Below the pieces are notes generated by a model that had not been told where the DNA came from, ran no database searches, and worked only from the letters and a program-made list of their open reading frames with translations. DNA of 64,000 nt from Ignavibacteria bacterium (GTDB taxonomy: Bacteria > Bacteroidota > Ignavibacteria > Kapaibacteriales > UBA961). The position numbers and the translations under genes were made by a program. This document shows, in pieces, positions 39,353-48,961 of the stretch; the first letter of the stretch is position 1, and every line of letters starts with the position of its first letter. The stretch spans positions 51 through 64,050 of the forward strand of contig VGWD01000011.1 in NCBI GenBank assembly GCA_016873735.1, read 5' to 3'.

Positions 39353-40699
39353 CTATCGTTTCTTGAAACCTACTTCCTCTGCTGTTTTTTTGATACGCCA
39401 CAATTCTTTTCCGGATTTATCATAGAGCACGAATGAAATAGAGCGTGAATTTCCGGCTCCGGAAAATTCAAGCATGCCAAAATTGTGAACATATGTAGCT
39501 GTATTGGGAACACTCAGGGGATTTTTATCTTGTTCGGTTGCTGAAGTGAATGTACCTGATGTCAATGGAGAAGATGTGAAATCAAAGAGCGGATAATTCA
39601 ATCCACTTTCACTTGAAGGTAATTCACTCAATTCTGCATAATGCCTGTCGCCGGAAAGAAATATCACCCCTGTTATCCCTTCCTTGGCAAGCAATCCAAT
39701 CAATTCATCTCTTTCTTGCTTGAATATTGCATAATTCTCGAATCGTGGCAATGGATTGATAAATTGTCCACCCATGGCGATCACTTTGAACGTTGCACTA
39801 CTGGATACAAGATTATCAATCAACCATTGTTTTTGATCTTGACCCAATATAGTTCGTTCACCGGTCATCCTTTTATTCGGAGTGCGGAAAAATCGATTAT
39901 CAAGCAAAAAGAATTGAACATCCCCCCATTGAAATGTTGTATAAATTCCCTCACTCGAAGCATTCCCATACGTGGGATTTCCCCAAAATTGCATAAATGC
40001 ATCGCGAGCATCTTGTTTTAACAGATATCCTCTGTCAGAATCATTCGGACCATAATCATGATCATCCCAAATGGCATAATGATGAACCGAACCGAGCAGT
40101 GGTTGTAATTCAGGAATTGAGCGCGTATGCTCATAGCGTCTAAAAATACCAATCCTCGAAGTATAATCTGCCTCTCGTAAATAAACATTATCTCCAAGCC
40201 AAATCATCAAATCAGGTTTCTTTCCAAGAATTCCGGATAAAATACCGAGATCATTCCCATATGGTTTTCCAGGCCTATCATACTTGGCTTCATTCACATA
40301 GAAACAACTACCGAGTGCTACGCTAAATGACGGAGGATCACTTCTCCATTGCCAGAGTGGCGGAATGCTGAACTCAAGTGGATGCGCGCTCCGTATTGTT
40401 TGTCCATTCACGCCGACTGAATATGTATATCGCTTTCCGGGTTCAACTGAGTCAAGCACAATGTGCAAACGGTGACCATTATTCGCATCGGATTTATATA
40501 TAATACTATGTTGTTCGGCAGAGGATGCATCAATCGGTGCATATTGAACTCGTACATCGGATTGTTTGGTCATTTGCAACCAAATGGTCACTTGCCTCAT
40601 ATCAGCATGGGTAACCATCGGACCTGCTTTGATCGGACTTTCAGATTGGGCATACAAGTGAATTGAACAAAGAACGAATAGAATGCTATAGAGTAACAT
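39353..40699 (-). CDS. PhoD-like alkaline phosphatase / metallophosphoesterase
   Basis: LGDNVYLREADY and WDDHDYGPND motifs. Signal peptide. Confidence 0.8.
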   Translation of the reverse strand: MLLYSILFVLCSIHLYAQSESPIKAGPMVTHADMRQVTIWLQMTKQSDVRVQYAPIDASSAEQHSIIYKSDANNGHRLHIVLDSVEPGKRYTYSVGVNGQTIRSAHPLEFSIPPLWQWRSDPPSFSVALGSCFYVNEAKYDRPGKPYGNDLGILSGILGKKPDLMIWLGDNVYLREADYTSRIGIFRRYEHTRSIPELQPLLGSVHHYAIWDDHDYGPNDSDRGYLLKQDARDAFMQFWGNPTYGNASSEGIYTTFQWGDVQFFLLDNRFFRTPNKRMTGERTILGQDQKQWLIDNLVSSSATFKVIAMGGQFINPLPRFENYAIFKQERDELIGLLAKEGITGVIFLSGDRHYAELSELPSSESGLNYPLFDFTSSPLTSGTFTSATEQDKNPLSVPNTATYVHNFGMLEFSGAGNSRSISFVLYDKSGKELWRIKKTAEEVGFKKR

Positions 40700-40784
40700 G
40701 GCAGATCATTGAAGATATTGGTATTCTCCGCGTAAATTGATTGTTTTGCAGTGAATTCACAAGTCAAATTGAGGAAATGCACAT

Positions 40785-41561
40785 ATGACCTTTGAAGAAA
40801 TCGCCGGCTATTGTCTTGCAAAGCCATATGCAGAAGAAACATATCCATTTGATGAAACGACAATGGTCATGAAAATAAGGGGGAAAATGTTTGCTTTATT
40901 GGATTCAACAACGATGGAAACCATCAATCTAAAACATCCACCAGATGATATACCGGGTTTATTGGAGAGGTATGAATGCATTAGTCCCGGGTATCATATG
41001 AGTAAAAGGCATTGGGTCACGGTACATTTCAAGCATGCAGACATGAGAGATCAGGACATTATCAAATTGATCGATATTTCTTATGATTTGATTGTGGATT
41101 CATTGCCAAAGAAATTCAGAATTCCTCTTACAACTTCATATACTACTTTCACTACTCTCGATGCAGAATATCAAGAATCCTTACTTCTCAGACAAACAAT
41201 ATTGCGGGAACCTCTCAATCTAACATTGACAGAAGATGATCTCATTGGAGAAGACAAGGAAATACATATCGGCGGAATCTTTCAAGGTCGATTGATAGCA
41301 TGTTGCATACTGTCTCCTCGCGATGGCATTCAGGCAAAAGTGAGGCAAGTAGCTGTTGACACACGCTTTCAGGGAATGGGGATAGGTAGTGCATTGATGA
41401 ATCATGCAGAAAGCATTACACTGAACATGGGCATTGAATCAATCATTCTTCATGCCAGGAAACATGTGGCACAATGGTATGAATCACAGCACTATGAAAT
41501 CTTGGGTGATGAATTCACTGAAGTAGGAATTCCTCATGTATGCATGATCAAGTATCTGTAG
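40785..41561 (+). CDS. MmcQ/YjbR-family N-terminal domain fused to GNAT N-acetyltransferase
   Basis: MTFEEIAGYCLAKPYAEETYPFDE...MFAL (YjbR). C-terminal QGMGIGSALMNHAE acetyl-CoA motif. Confidence 0.7.
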   Translation: MTFEEIAGYCLAKPYAEETYPFDETTMVMKIRGKMFALLDSTTMETINLKHPPDDIPGLLERYECISPGYHMSKRHWVTVHFKHADMRDQDIIKLIDISYDLIVDSLPKKFRIPLTTSYTTFTTLDAEYQESLLLRQTILREPLNLTLTEDDLIGEDKEIHIGGIFQGRLIACCILSPRDGIQAKVRQVAVDTRFQGMGIGSALMNHAESITLNMGIESIILHARKHVAQWYESQHYEILGDEFTEVGIPHVCMIKYL

Positions 41562-43230
41562 TACCTTTAGGTATTGCCGGTTCAACAAGAATCACTTCTT
41601 CCCTTTCCATGAAAACAGCTCCCGGACCTGCACCTTTGGGTTTTCTAACATACTTTTTCAATGCATAAGCAACAGGAACAAAACCCGCTTTTCTTGATTG
41701 AGAAAAATATGCGGTTATAGCTGCTGCTTGTTCCAATAGTTGTTTTGGAATGTCTTTAGGGCCACGCAAGACTCCATGCGAACCACTCACTCCCCTGGCA
41801 TGAAGCCATAGATCATTCGGTTTAGCAAATTTCGCGGTCAATTGATCATTGTTTTGAGCATTTCTTCCAATATACAATGTAAAAGAATCAGATAATACAA
41901 ATACCCTGTATGGCGATTGATGAGTTGTATTGGCTTTATTTGTATCTCCCGATTGTACTTTCACTTGCAATTGCATTTCTTCCAATGTTTTTCTGTCTTG
42001 AATCTCGGGAAGTCTTATTTGAAATTGCATCACTTCTTGCAACTGTTGAAGATACATTGGAAGCATAGCTCTTTTTTGTGCATCACGTTCCTTTGACCTT
42101 TTTGCTCTTCGGTAATAATGTTCTGCATGTTCTGCATATGTTTTTCCTTTCTGTACTGGAATCGTATAGTTTTTTCCATCATGAGAAAGTAATATCTGTT
42201 CATCATGAACACGTAATGCAGGATATGGCATGGAAAGGAGCAATGTTGCAATCAATTGAGACTCATCTATGCGTTGTTGCGAGATTGCTTCATCGGATAA
42301 GTGGTGGACATGTTTTTCAAGTGTTTCCCTTCGATGTTTCAATTCTTGTTCAAGCTTTTTTTTCAATGATTGGATTGCTGATTCTTTACTTAGAACTCCG
42401 CGATATCTTCGAATTGCCTGACTCCATGAATGTCCTGACCAAATCACTTCTTGTTCTTTCTGAACATGAATTGTCGATGGAATAATTTCACCTGTCTTCA
42501 ATCGAAGAATATAAGCCATGTCTGATTGAAGTGATTCATCCATCAAACCTTCATGAATACGATATAATTGTTCAAATTGAGAATCATTCAATGCAGCAAG
42601 CTTTGTATTCCCATCAATCAATCCACCAAGTTGATTGTATCGATCAAGAATTTCATGTGCATAGATTGATCCACAATTACGTGCTTTTGACAAAGCAATA
42701 GACAATGCAACATCTTTGGGGAAATCGTTCAGACTTGGAATAGCGGAAATGGTTGATACATATGGCTCACCAATTTTGACAGGTGCCCGTTTCATGAAAT
42801 CTGTCATGCGATCTTCAGCATCAATTGTAAACAGTGCGGTATTTGATCCGCCAAAGAATTGACCAATCATGCATGCACCGGTCAGTTGTAGAAATATGAT
42901 TCTGTCTGTTGGATGCTTGCTACATGAGGATATTTTTCTTCCGATGATATCTGGGAACATGTCGACGCTATTTCTATTTGCTCTTTGAACGCCATCTTTA
43001 AGTGCCAATATTGGCTCTGATGGTATCATGGACCATTCAATATGCTCATGCAATGACCCATCGGGTGTTTCACAATGAACAATTACACAATGTTTTTCTT
43101 GGCTATAGCACTCTGTAATGATCATATCCGAGCATCGATCATTGATTTCTTTCGCCAGGTGATGATAAATATGATGATGTCTCATCTCAATAAATGGCCT
43201 CAAGTCTTGCGTCTTTCGTAATTTGCACAC
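41548..43230 (-). CDS. NFACT-family RNA-binding protein (RqcH/FbpA-like ribosome quality control factor)
   Basis: C-terminal NFACT-R/DUF814 motif LWLHARGVSGSHGVL. N-terminal NFACT-N. 560 aa. Confidence 0.75.
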   Translation of the reverse strand: MCKLRKTQDLRPFIEMRHHHIYHHLAKEINDRCSDMIITECYSQEKHCVIVHCETPDGSLHEHIEWSMIPSEPILALKDGVQRANRNSVDMFPDIIGRKISSCSKHPTDRIIFLQLTGACMIGQFFGGSNTALFTIDAEDRMTDFMKRAPVKIGEPYVSTISAIPSLNDFPKDVALSIALSKARNCGSIYAHEILDRYNQLGGLIDGNTKLAALNDSQFEQLYRIHEGLMDESLQSDMAYILRLKTGEIIPSTIHVQKEQEVIWSGHSWSQAIRRYRGVLSKESAIQSLKKKLEQELKHRRETLEKHVHHLSDEAISQQRIDESQLIATLLLSMPYPALRVHDEQILLSHDGKNYTIPVQKGKTYAEHAEHYYRRAKRSKERDAQKRAMLPMYLQQLQEVMQFQIRLPEIQDRKTLEEMQLQVKVQSGDTNKANTTHQSPYRVFVLSDSFTLYIGRNAQNNDQLTAKFAKPNDLWLHARGVSGSHGVLRGPKDIPKQLLEQAAAITAYFSQSRKAGFVPVAYALKKYVRKPKGAGPGAVFMEREEVILVEPAIPKGTTDT

Positions 43231-43248
43231 TGCAATATAAGATTATGA

Positions 43249-44613
43249 ATGGAGCTCATGAATTCTGCCCCCACTTCTTCCGGTTTGGTACGTTCACTTG
43301 GATTGAAGGAAGCCACTGCCCTCAACATGATTGACATGGTTGGCATAGGGCCTTTCATCGTCCTTCCCATAGTGATCCAATCAATGCATGGTCCACATGC
43401 CATCATTGCTTGGCTTGCCGGAGCTTTGCTCGCACTTGTCGATGGGTGCATCTGGGCGGAATTGGGAGCAGCAATGCCACAGGCAGGAGGTAGTTTCGTA
43501 TTCTTGAGGGAAAGTTATGGCAAATCTTCATGGGGTTTGCTCATGTCTTTTCTCTTCATTTGGCAAACTGTTTTCCAAGCTCCATTGGTAATTGCATCGG
43601 GTGCCATTGGATTTTCTCAATATGCTTCCTATCTGATACCAGTAACTCCCATTATGCAGAAGGTGATTTCAGGGTCTGTGGTTATTCTCATCTTTTTGTT
43701 ACTGTATAGAAATATCAGGGACATCGGTAAAATTTCAATGTTTATGTGGATTGCGGTTGTTGGGACAATGCTATGGCTTATCATAAACGGTGGATTGCAT
43801 TTCAATGCGGACTTGGCATTTGGCGGAATTGATGAAGGTCCGAGTTTTATGTCTTCTGTCTTTTTCGTGGGGCTCGGACATGCCATGTTGAAAACAGTAT
43901 ACAGTTATTTGGGCTATTATAATGTTTGTCATCTTGGTGGTGAAATATCCAAACCGGAAACAGTTATTCCCAAAAGCATTGTTCTTTCCATTATCGGCAT
44001 TGCCATGTTATATTGTGCCATGCATCTAAGTATTGTGGGTGTTATTCCTTGGCAGCAGGCTCGGCAATCGACATTTATTGTAAGCACATTCATTGAACGA
44101 TTGCATGGCCCTTTGGCTGCGCAAATCGCTACAGGACTGATTTTGTTTATAGCTTTTGCATCATTGTTTTCTGTGACCCTTGGTTATTCACGAATACCGT
44201 ATGCCGCCGCAAAAGAAGGTGCCTTTTTTCACATGTTTTCAGCAGTACATCCAAAAGAGCATTTCCCCCATGTTTCACTCATGATTTTATGCGGGATAGC
44301 ATTTGTGTTTTCACTATTGTTCAGGATGAGTGAAATCATCAGTGCTATCGTTGCAATGAGGGCATTGGTTCAATTCATCGGCGGGGCAATCGGTTTGATT
44401 CTCTTGAGAAAAAGGAAAACGATTTCATTACCCTGGAAGATGCCCTTTTATCCATTGCCAATAATCATGGCAATACTCATTTGGTTGGGATTGTTTTTGT
44501 CAACCGGATATTATGCATTGATGGGTATAGTTTTTATCTCGATTGGCATCATCGTCTATCTTGTCATGGCCCGCAAGAAATCGAGTTTCCCTTTTCAAGG
44601 ATTGGCAGAATGA
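43249..44613 (+). CDS. APC-family amino acid permease
   Basis: 12 TM, AA_permease_2-like. 454 aa. Confidence 0.8.
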   Translation: MELMNSAPTSSGLVRSLGLKEATALNMIDMVGIGPFIVLPIVIQSMHGPHAIIAWLAGALLALVDGCIWAELGAAMPQAGGSFVFLRESYGKSSWGLLMSFLFIWQTVFQAPLVIASGAIGFSQYASYLIPVTPIMQKVISGSVVILIFLLLYRNIRDIGKISMFMWIAVVGTMLWLIINGGLHFNADLAFGGIDEGPSFMSSVFFVGLGHAMLKTVYSYLGYYNVCHLGGEISKPETVIPKSIVLSIIGIAMLYCAMHLSIVGVIPWQQARQSTFIVSTFIERLHGPLAAQIATGLILFIAFASLFSVTLGYSRIPYAAAKEGAFFHMFSAVHPKEHFPHVSLMILCGIAFVFSLLFRMSEIISAIVAMRALVQFIGGAIGLILLRKRKTISLPWKMPFYPLPIIMAILIWLGLFLSTGYYALMGIVFISIGIIVYLVMARKKSSFPFQGLAE

Positions 44614-45047
44614 AGCGCAGAGTTTTTTTTGAACGACTTATTACATTTGGTGCAATTTCAGGTATGTCACTTATTTCATTATTTGGAGTTTTTCCATCAT
44701 TCTTTTCAACAAGACGGACATCAACTAAACTTGTACTTGGAACGGAAGAAGAATTGTTTAAACAGACTTCCTTCATCACCAAACACATTGATAATCGCAC
44801 ATTCATTATGAAAAAGACAGCCGAAGGAACAATTGAAGCATTTGATGCTGCATGCACTCATGCTGGTTGCCCTGTTCAATGGAATGAAATAGATCAGACA
44901 TTTTTATGCAAATGCCATGGTGGGATATTTGATGCTCAAGGTTTACCGCTGGCAGGGCCACCAAAAAAACCTCTGAATAAACTGACTGTGAAAAAAAGGG
45001 ACATTACAGAGGAGCTCATCATATATCTTGATAATGAGCAAGAATAA
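44610..45047 (+). CDS. Small Rieske [2Fe-2S] domain protein with N-terminal RR (TAT-like)/TM segment
   Basis: CTHAGCP...CKCHGGIFD (CxH...CxxH). MKRRVFFERL N-terminus. ATGA overlap with the permease stop. Confidence 0.75.
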   Translation: MKRRVFFERLITFGAISGMSLISLFGVFPSFFSTRRTSTKLVLGTEEELFKQTSFITKHIDNRTFIMKKTAEGTIEAFDAACTHAGCPVQWNEIDQTFLCKCHGGIFDAQGLPLAGPPKKPLNKLTVKKRDITEELIIYLDNEQE

Positions 45048-45050
45048 AAA

Positions 45051-45079
45051 AAGACCAAATATTCATTTGGTCTTTTTTT
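45051..45079. terminator. Bidirectional terminator (AGACCAAAT-ATTC-ATTTGGTCT flanked by A7/T8)
   Basis: Perfect 9-bp stem between the convergent Rieske (+) and clpC (-). Confidence 0.75.
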
Positions 45080-45092
45080 TATGATTTCATGT

Positions 45093-47633
45093 TTACTCAG
45101 CTGACATTGGATCAACCTGTGGTGATGGATCACCATCTTCCACTGCCTTTTTAGAAGCAGCAGGTAATGCCTTTTGCTTTGGAACAACTGTGAATACCAA
45201 TTCTTTCTGTATATCGGAATAATCCACTTCGACCAATGTGTCTTCTTTCACTACAGATTTTAGCAATTCCTCGGCAAGAGGATCTTCCAGGTATTTTTGA
45301 AGGGCTCTGCGAAGAGGTCTCGCACCATATTTCTCATCATAGCCCTTTTCAACCAAGAAATCCTTCGCTTCAGAACTCGAAACCAATTCAATATTGAGTG
45401 ACTGCATGCGCTTCAGTAATTTTTCAAGCTGAATGTCGATAATGGAATAAATATGTTCTTTTTTCAATTGTCTGAAGACGATATAATCATCGATTCTGTT
45501 CAAGAATTCAGGATTAAACATACGCTTCATTGATTCTTCGATGGTGGATTTCATCTGATCATATTGACCATCGGGAGATTTATCTGAAAATCCAATATTT
45601 CCACCGGCTTTGAGATCGCGAACGCCAACATTCGAAGTCATGATGATGACAGTATTTTTGAAATCAATTTTTCTACCGAGACCATCGGTTAAAATCCCAT
45701 CGTCAAATACTTGCAATAAAATATTGAACACATCTGGATGAGCTTTTTCAATTTCATCGAGGAGAATGATGCTATACGGCTTTCTTCTGACCTTTTCCGT
45801 CAATTGTCCACCTTCTTCATAACCCACATAGCCCGGAGGTGCTCCTACTAGACGGGAAACTGCAAACTTTTCCATGTATTCACTCATGTCAACCCGAATG
45901 AGTGCATCCTCCGAATCAAACATGTATTTGGCAAGAACTTTTGCGAGTTCGGTCTTTCCTACACCCGTTGGACCAAGAAACATGAATGAACCGATTGGGC
46001 GATTGGGATCTTTCAAACCTGCACGAGCTCTACGGATGGCTTTAGCAAGCTGCTCAACGGCTTCGTCCTGACCAATGATCTTGCCTTTAAGCTCTTCGGC
46101 CATCTTGAGCAATTTCTCAGACTCACCTTCGGCAATCTTATTCACAGGAATTCCGGTCATCATTGCCACTACATCCGCAATGTCTTCTTCGCTGACTGAG
46201 AACAATGACTTCCCTGCAGAATTTTCCCATTCTTCTTTGGCTGTTTCAAGTTCTTGTTGCAATCGTTTTTCAAGATCACGCAATCTTGCTGCCTCTTCAA
46301 AATTCTGTGCTTTTACTACACTGTTTTTTTGAAGGCGAGCTTCTTCGATTTTTTGCTCAATCTCAGTTATTGCGGGAGGCACATTGATATTGGCAAGGTG
46401 AACTCTTGCACCTGCCTCATCCAAAACATCAAGGGCTTTGTCCGGTAAATGTCTGTCAGTGATATACCGCTCAGCTAATTTTACGCAAGCATTGACAGAC
46501 TCATCATTATATTTTACGCCATGATGAGATTCATAGCGATCTTTCACATTATTGATGATCTGAATCGTTTGCTCGGGAGTTGGTGGTTCAACCATTACCT
46601 TTTGAAAGCGACGATCTAATGCACCGTCTTTTTCGATGTGCTGGCGATATTCATCCAATGTAGTTGCTCCAATGCATTGGATTTCGCCTCGCGCGAGGGC
46701 AGGCTTGAACATATTGGATGCATCCAGTGAACCGGAAGCACCACCTGCACCTACGATTGTATGCAATTCATCAATGAACAGAATGACATCCTTTGCCTTT
46801 TCAAGTTCATTCATTACTGCCTTCATTCTTTCTTCGAATTGACCACGATATTTGGTACCTGCAACCAATGATGCAAGATCAAGCGTTACAATACGCTTGT
46901 CAAACAGCACGCGACTGACTTTCTTTTCCATGATTCGAAGAGCAAGGCCTTCAACGATGGCCGTTTTACCAACACCGGGTTCACCAATCAATACAGGATT
47001 GTTTTTCTTTCTTCTTGAAAGTACCTGTGCCACACGTTCAATTTCTTTCTCTCTTCCGATTACGGGATCCAATTTCCCCTCAAAAGCAAGCTTGGTCAAA
47101 TCTCTTCCGAAATTGTCCAATACCGGAGTTTTTTGTTTATCTGATTGTTGAGTTTTGGATGAAGAACGAACCTTTTCTTGTTTTGAAAGTGAGGATTTTC
47201 CATTGATGATATTATCCAATTCTTTACGGACTTCATCATAAGAAATTGAAAATTGAGAAAGAATTTGAGCAGCAATGTTATCATCATCACGAAGCAATGC
47301 AAGAAGCAAGTGTTCTGTGCCAATAACTTCTGATTTATACAATTTTGCTTCGAGATATGTGATCTTGAGAACCTTTTCAGCTTGTTTTGTCAATGGAATA
47401 TTGCCTATTGTCAATGTTCCACTGCTTGTGCGAATTGTATCCTCTATCGATTTTTTCAATTTGAATAAATCTACACCGACATTTCTGAGGATTTTGACGG
47501 CTATGCCTTCACCTTCACGAATGATCCCCAATAACAAATGTTCTGTACCGATATAATCATGCCCTAATCTGAGCGCTTCTTCACGGCTCAGTCTGATCAC
47601 ATCTTGAACTCGATTTGAAAAATTACCTTCCAT
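45093..47633 (-). CDS. clpC: ATP-dependent Clp protease ATP-binding subunit ClpC (two Clp_N repeats, two AAA+ modules)
   Basis: GEPGVGKT and GPTGVGKT Walker A motifs, UVR-like linker. 846 aa. Confidence 0.9.
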   Translation of the reverse strand: MEGNFSNRVQDVIRLSREEALRLGHDYIGTEHLLLGIIREGEGIAVKILRNVGVDLFKLKKSIEDTIRTSSGTLTIGNIPLTKQAEKVLKITYLEAKLYKSEVIGTEHLLLALLRDDDNIAAQILSQFSISYDEVRKELDNIINGKSSLSKQEKVRSSSKTQQSDKQKTPVLDNFGRDLTKLAFEGKLDPVIGREKEIERVAQVLSRRKKNNPVLIGEPGVGKTAIVEGLALRIMEKKVSRVLFDKRIVTLDLASLVAGTKYRGQFEERMKAVMNELEKAKDVILFIDELHTIVGAGGASGSLDASNMFKPALARGEIQCIGATTLDEYRQHIEKDGALDRRFQKVMVEPPTPEQTIQIINNVKDRYESHHGVKYNDESVNACVKLAERYITDRHLPDKALDVLDEAGARVHLANINVPPAITEIEQKIEEARLQKNSVVKAQNFEEAARLRDLEKRLQQELETAKEEWENSAGKSLFSVSEEDIADVVAMMTGIPVNKIAEGESEKLLKMAEELKGKIIGQDEAVEQLAKAIRRARAGLKDPNRPIGSFMFLGPTGVGKTELAKVLAKYMFDSEDALIRVDMSEYMEKFAVSRLVGAPPGYVGYEEGGQLTEKVRRKPYSIILLDEIEKAHPDVFNILLQVFDDGILTDGLGRKIDFKNTVIIMTSNVGVRDLKAGGNIGFSDKSPDGQYDQMKSTIEESMKRMFNPEFLNRIDDYIVFRQLKKEHIYSIIDIQLEKLLKRMQSLNIELVSSSEAKDFLVEKGYDEKYGARPLRRALQKYLEDPLAEELLKSVVKEDTLVEVDYSDIQKELVFTVVPKQKALPAASKKAVEDGDPSPQVDPMSAE

Positions 47634-47841
47634 ATTATTTTATCCTCCTCTTTGGGAGCCATTACTTGGTGAAAAATACATTATCCACAAAGGATGAAAT
47701 GCATGTCGAAACTACTTGAATTAATCGAAGTGTCAAAATGAAACTTATCAACCATGATATTTACTCAGAATTCGCTCATAACCTGTGGATTGACGAAGAT
47801 TTTTCGGTTATATTGCATGTCGATGCAGCTTTTATGGGCAA

Positions 47842-48669
47842 TTGGTTTTTGACGGTCTTTCAATCTCACATACAATGTCTGAAATTCATTCAAAGAAAAC
47901 TTATAATCTTCGATCAATGATCGCAGGTAAAGATCGATTTATTGTTGCTCATCGAGGTTCATCCGGCACTGCTCCCGAAAATACCATTTCAGCATTGCAG
48001 CATGCGATTGAAGCCGGTGCACTCATGGTTGAGGTAGATGTGCAATTAACAAAAGATGACCATGTTGTTTTGATGCATGATCCCGGGCTTGGTAGAACCA
48101 CAAATGGAAAAGGCATCGTCAGGTCAATGGCATTAGACGAGTTGAAAACACTTGATGCTGGATCTTGGTTCAATGAACAATTTATTGGCGAACATATTCC
48201 CTTATTGTCTGAAGCATTGCAATTGTTGAAAAACCATGCAGTCTGCATCAACATAGAAATAAAGCCACCTCAAGGAGAGGATGATCATATCGCAAGATTA
48301 TTGGCCATAGTCGAAACAGTCATTGCTCACAATATGCAGCATGTAACCTTGTTTTCGTCATTTCATCATGAAAGTTTGAGATATATCAAGCATAATTATG
48401 CCGGTCTTTATACTGCAGGTATTCATCTTCCGGGAGACAAAAGACTTCCAAGTGAAATCGCCTCGGAAATCGGATGCGATGGTTTTGTTTGTTCATTACG
48501 AGAACTAACGTATGCAAAAGCACAAGATGCCACCAAGCGCGATATTCTCATGGGTGTGTATACAATCAATAATGAATCCGACTTTCGAAAAATCATAAAA
48601 TACCCTGTGCCGGCATTGGTTACCAATTTCCCGAAGAGAATCAAAGAGTATGTACAACAATCAACATAA
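47842..48669 (+). CDS. Glycerophosphodiester phosphodiesterase
   Basis: FIVAHRGSSGTAPENT, EVDVQLTKDDHVVLMHD. Start may be M at 47914. Confidence 0.85.
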   Translation: MVFDGLSISHTMSEIHSKKTYNLRSMIAGKDRFIVAHRGSSGTAPENTISALQHAIEAGALMVEVDVQLTKDDHVVLMHDPGLGRTTNGKGIVRSMALDELKTLDAGSWFNEQFIGEHIPLLSEALQLLKNHAVCINIEIKPPQGEDDHIARLLAIVETVIAHNMQHVTLFSSFHHESLRYIKHNYAGLYTAGIHLPGDKRLPSEIASEIGCDGFVCSLRELTYAKAQDATKRDILMGVYTINNESDFRKIIKYPVPALVTNFPKRIKEYVQQST

Positions 48670-48676
48670 ATAGTCC

Positions 48677-48961
48677 ATGTATCATATAGCAGCAATAGGA
48701 TTTACTGCAGCAATTTGTTCAACATTTGCTTTGCTTCCGCAAGTAATTCGTGTTTGGAAAACAAAAGAAACAGATCAGTTGTCAGGTGGGGCATTTACAT
48801 TGATGTTGATCGGAGCGATATTATGGTTGACTTATGGATTGCTTCGACAAGACATAGTGATCATCTCCGCAAATTCCATCACCATGATTTTCATCGCATA
48901 TATCGTGGCCATAAAAGCTCGACAACGCATTGGCAAAACAAATGATCAGGAAAACGCATGA
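48677..48961 (+). CDS. SemiSWEET/PQ-loop family transporter
   Basis: 94 aa, 3 TM, LPQ motif. 4-nt overlap with the next gene. Confidence 0.7.
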   Translation: MYHIAAIGFTAAICSTFALLPQVIRVWKTKETDQLSGGAFTLMLIGAILWLTYGLLRQDIVIISANSITMIFIAYIVAIKARQRIGKTNDQENA

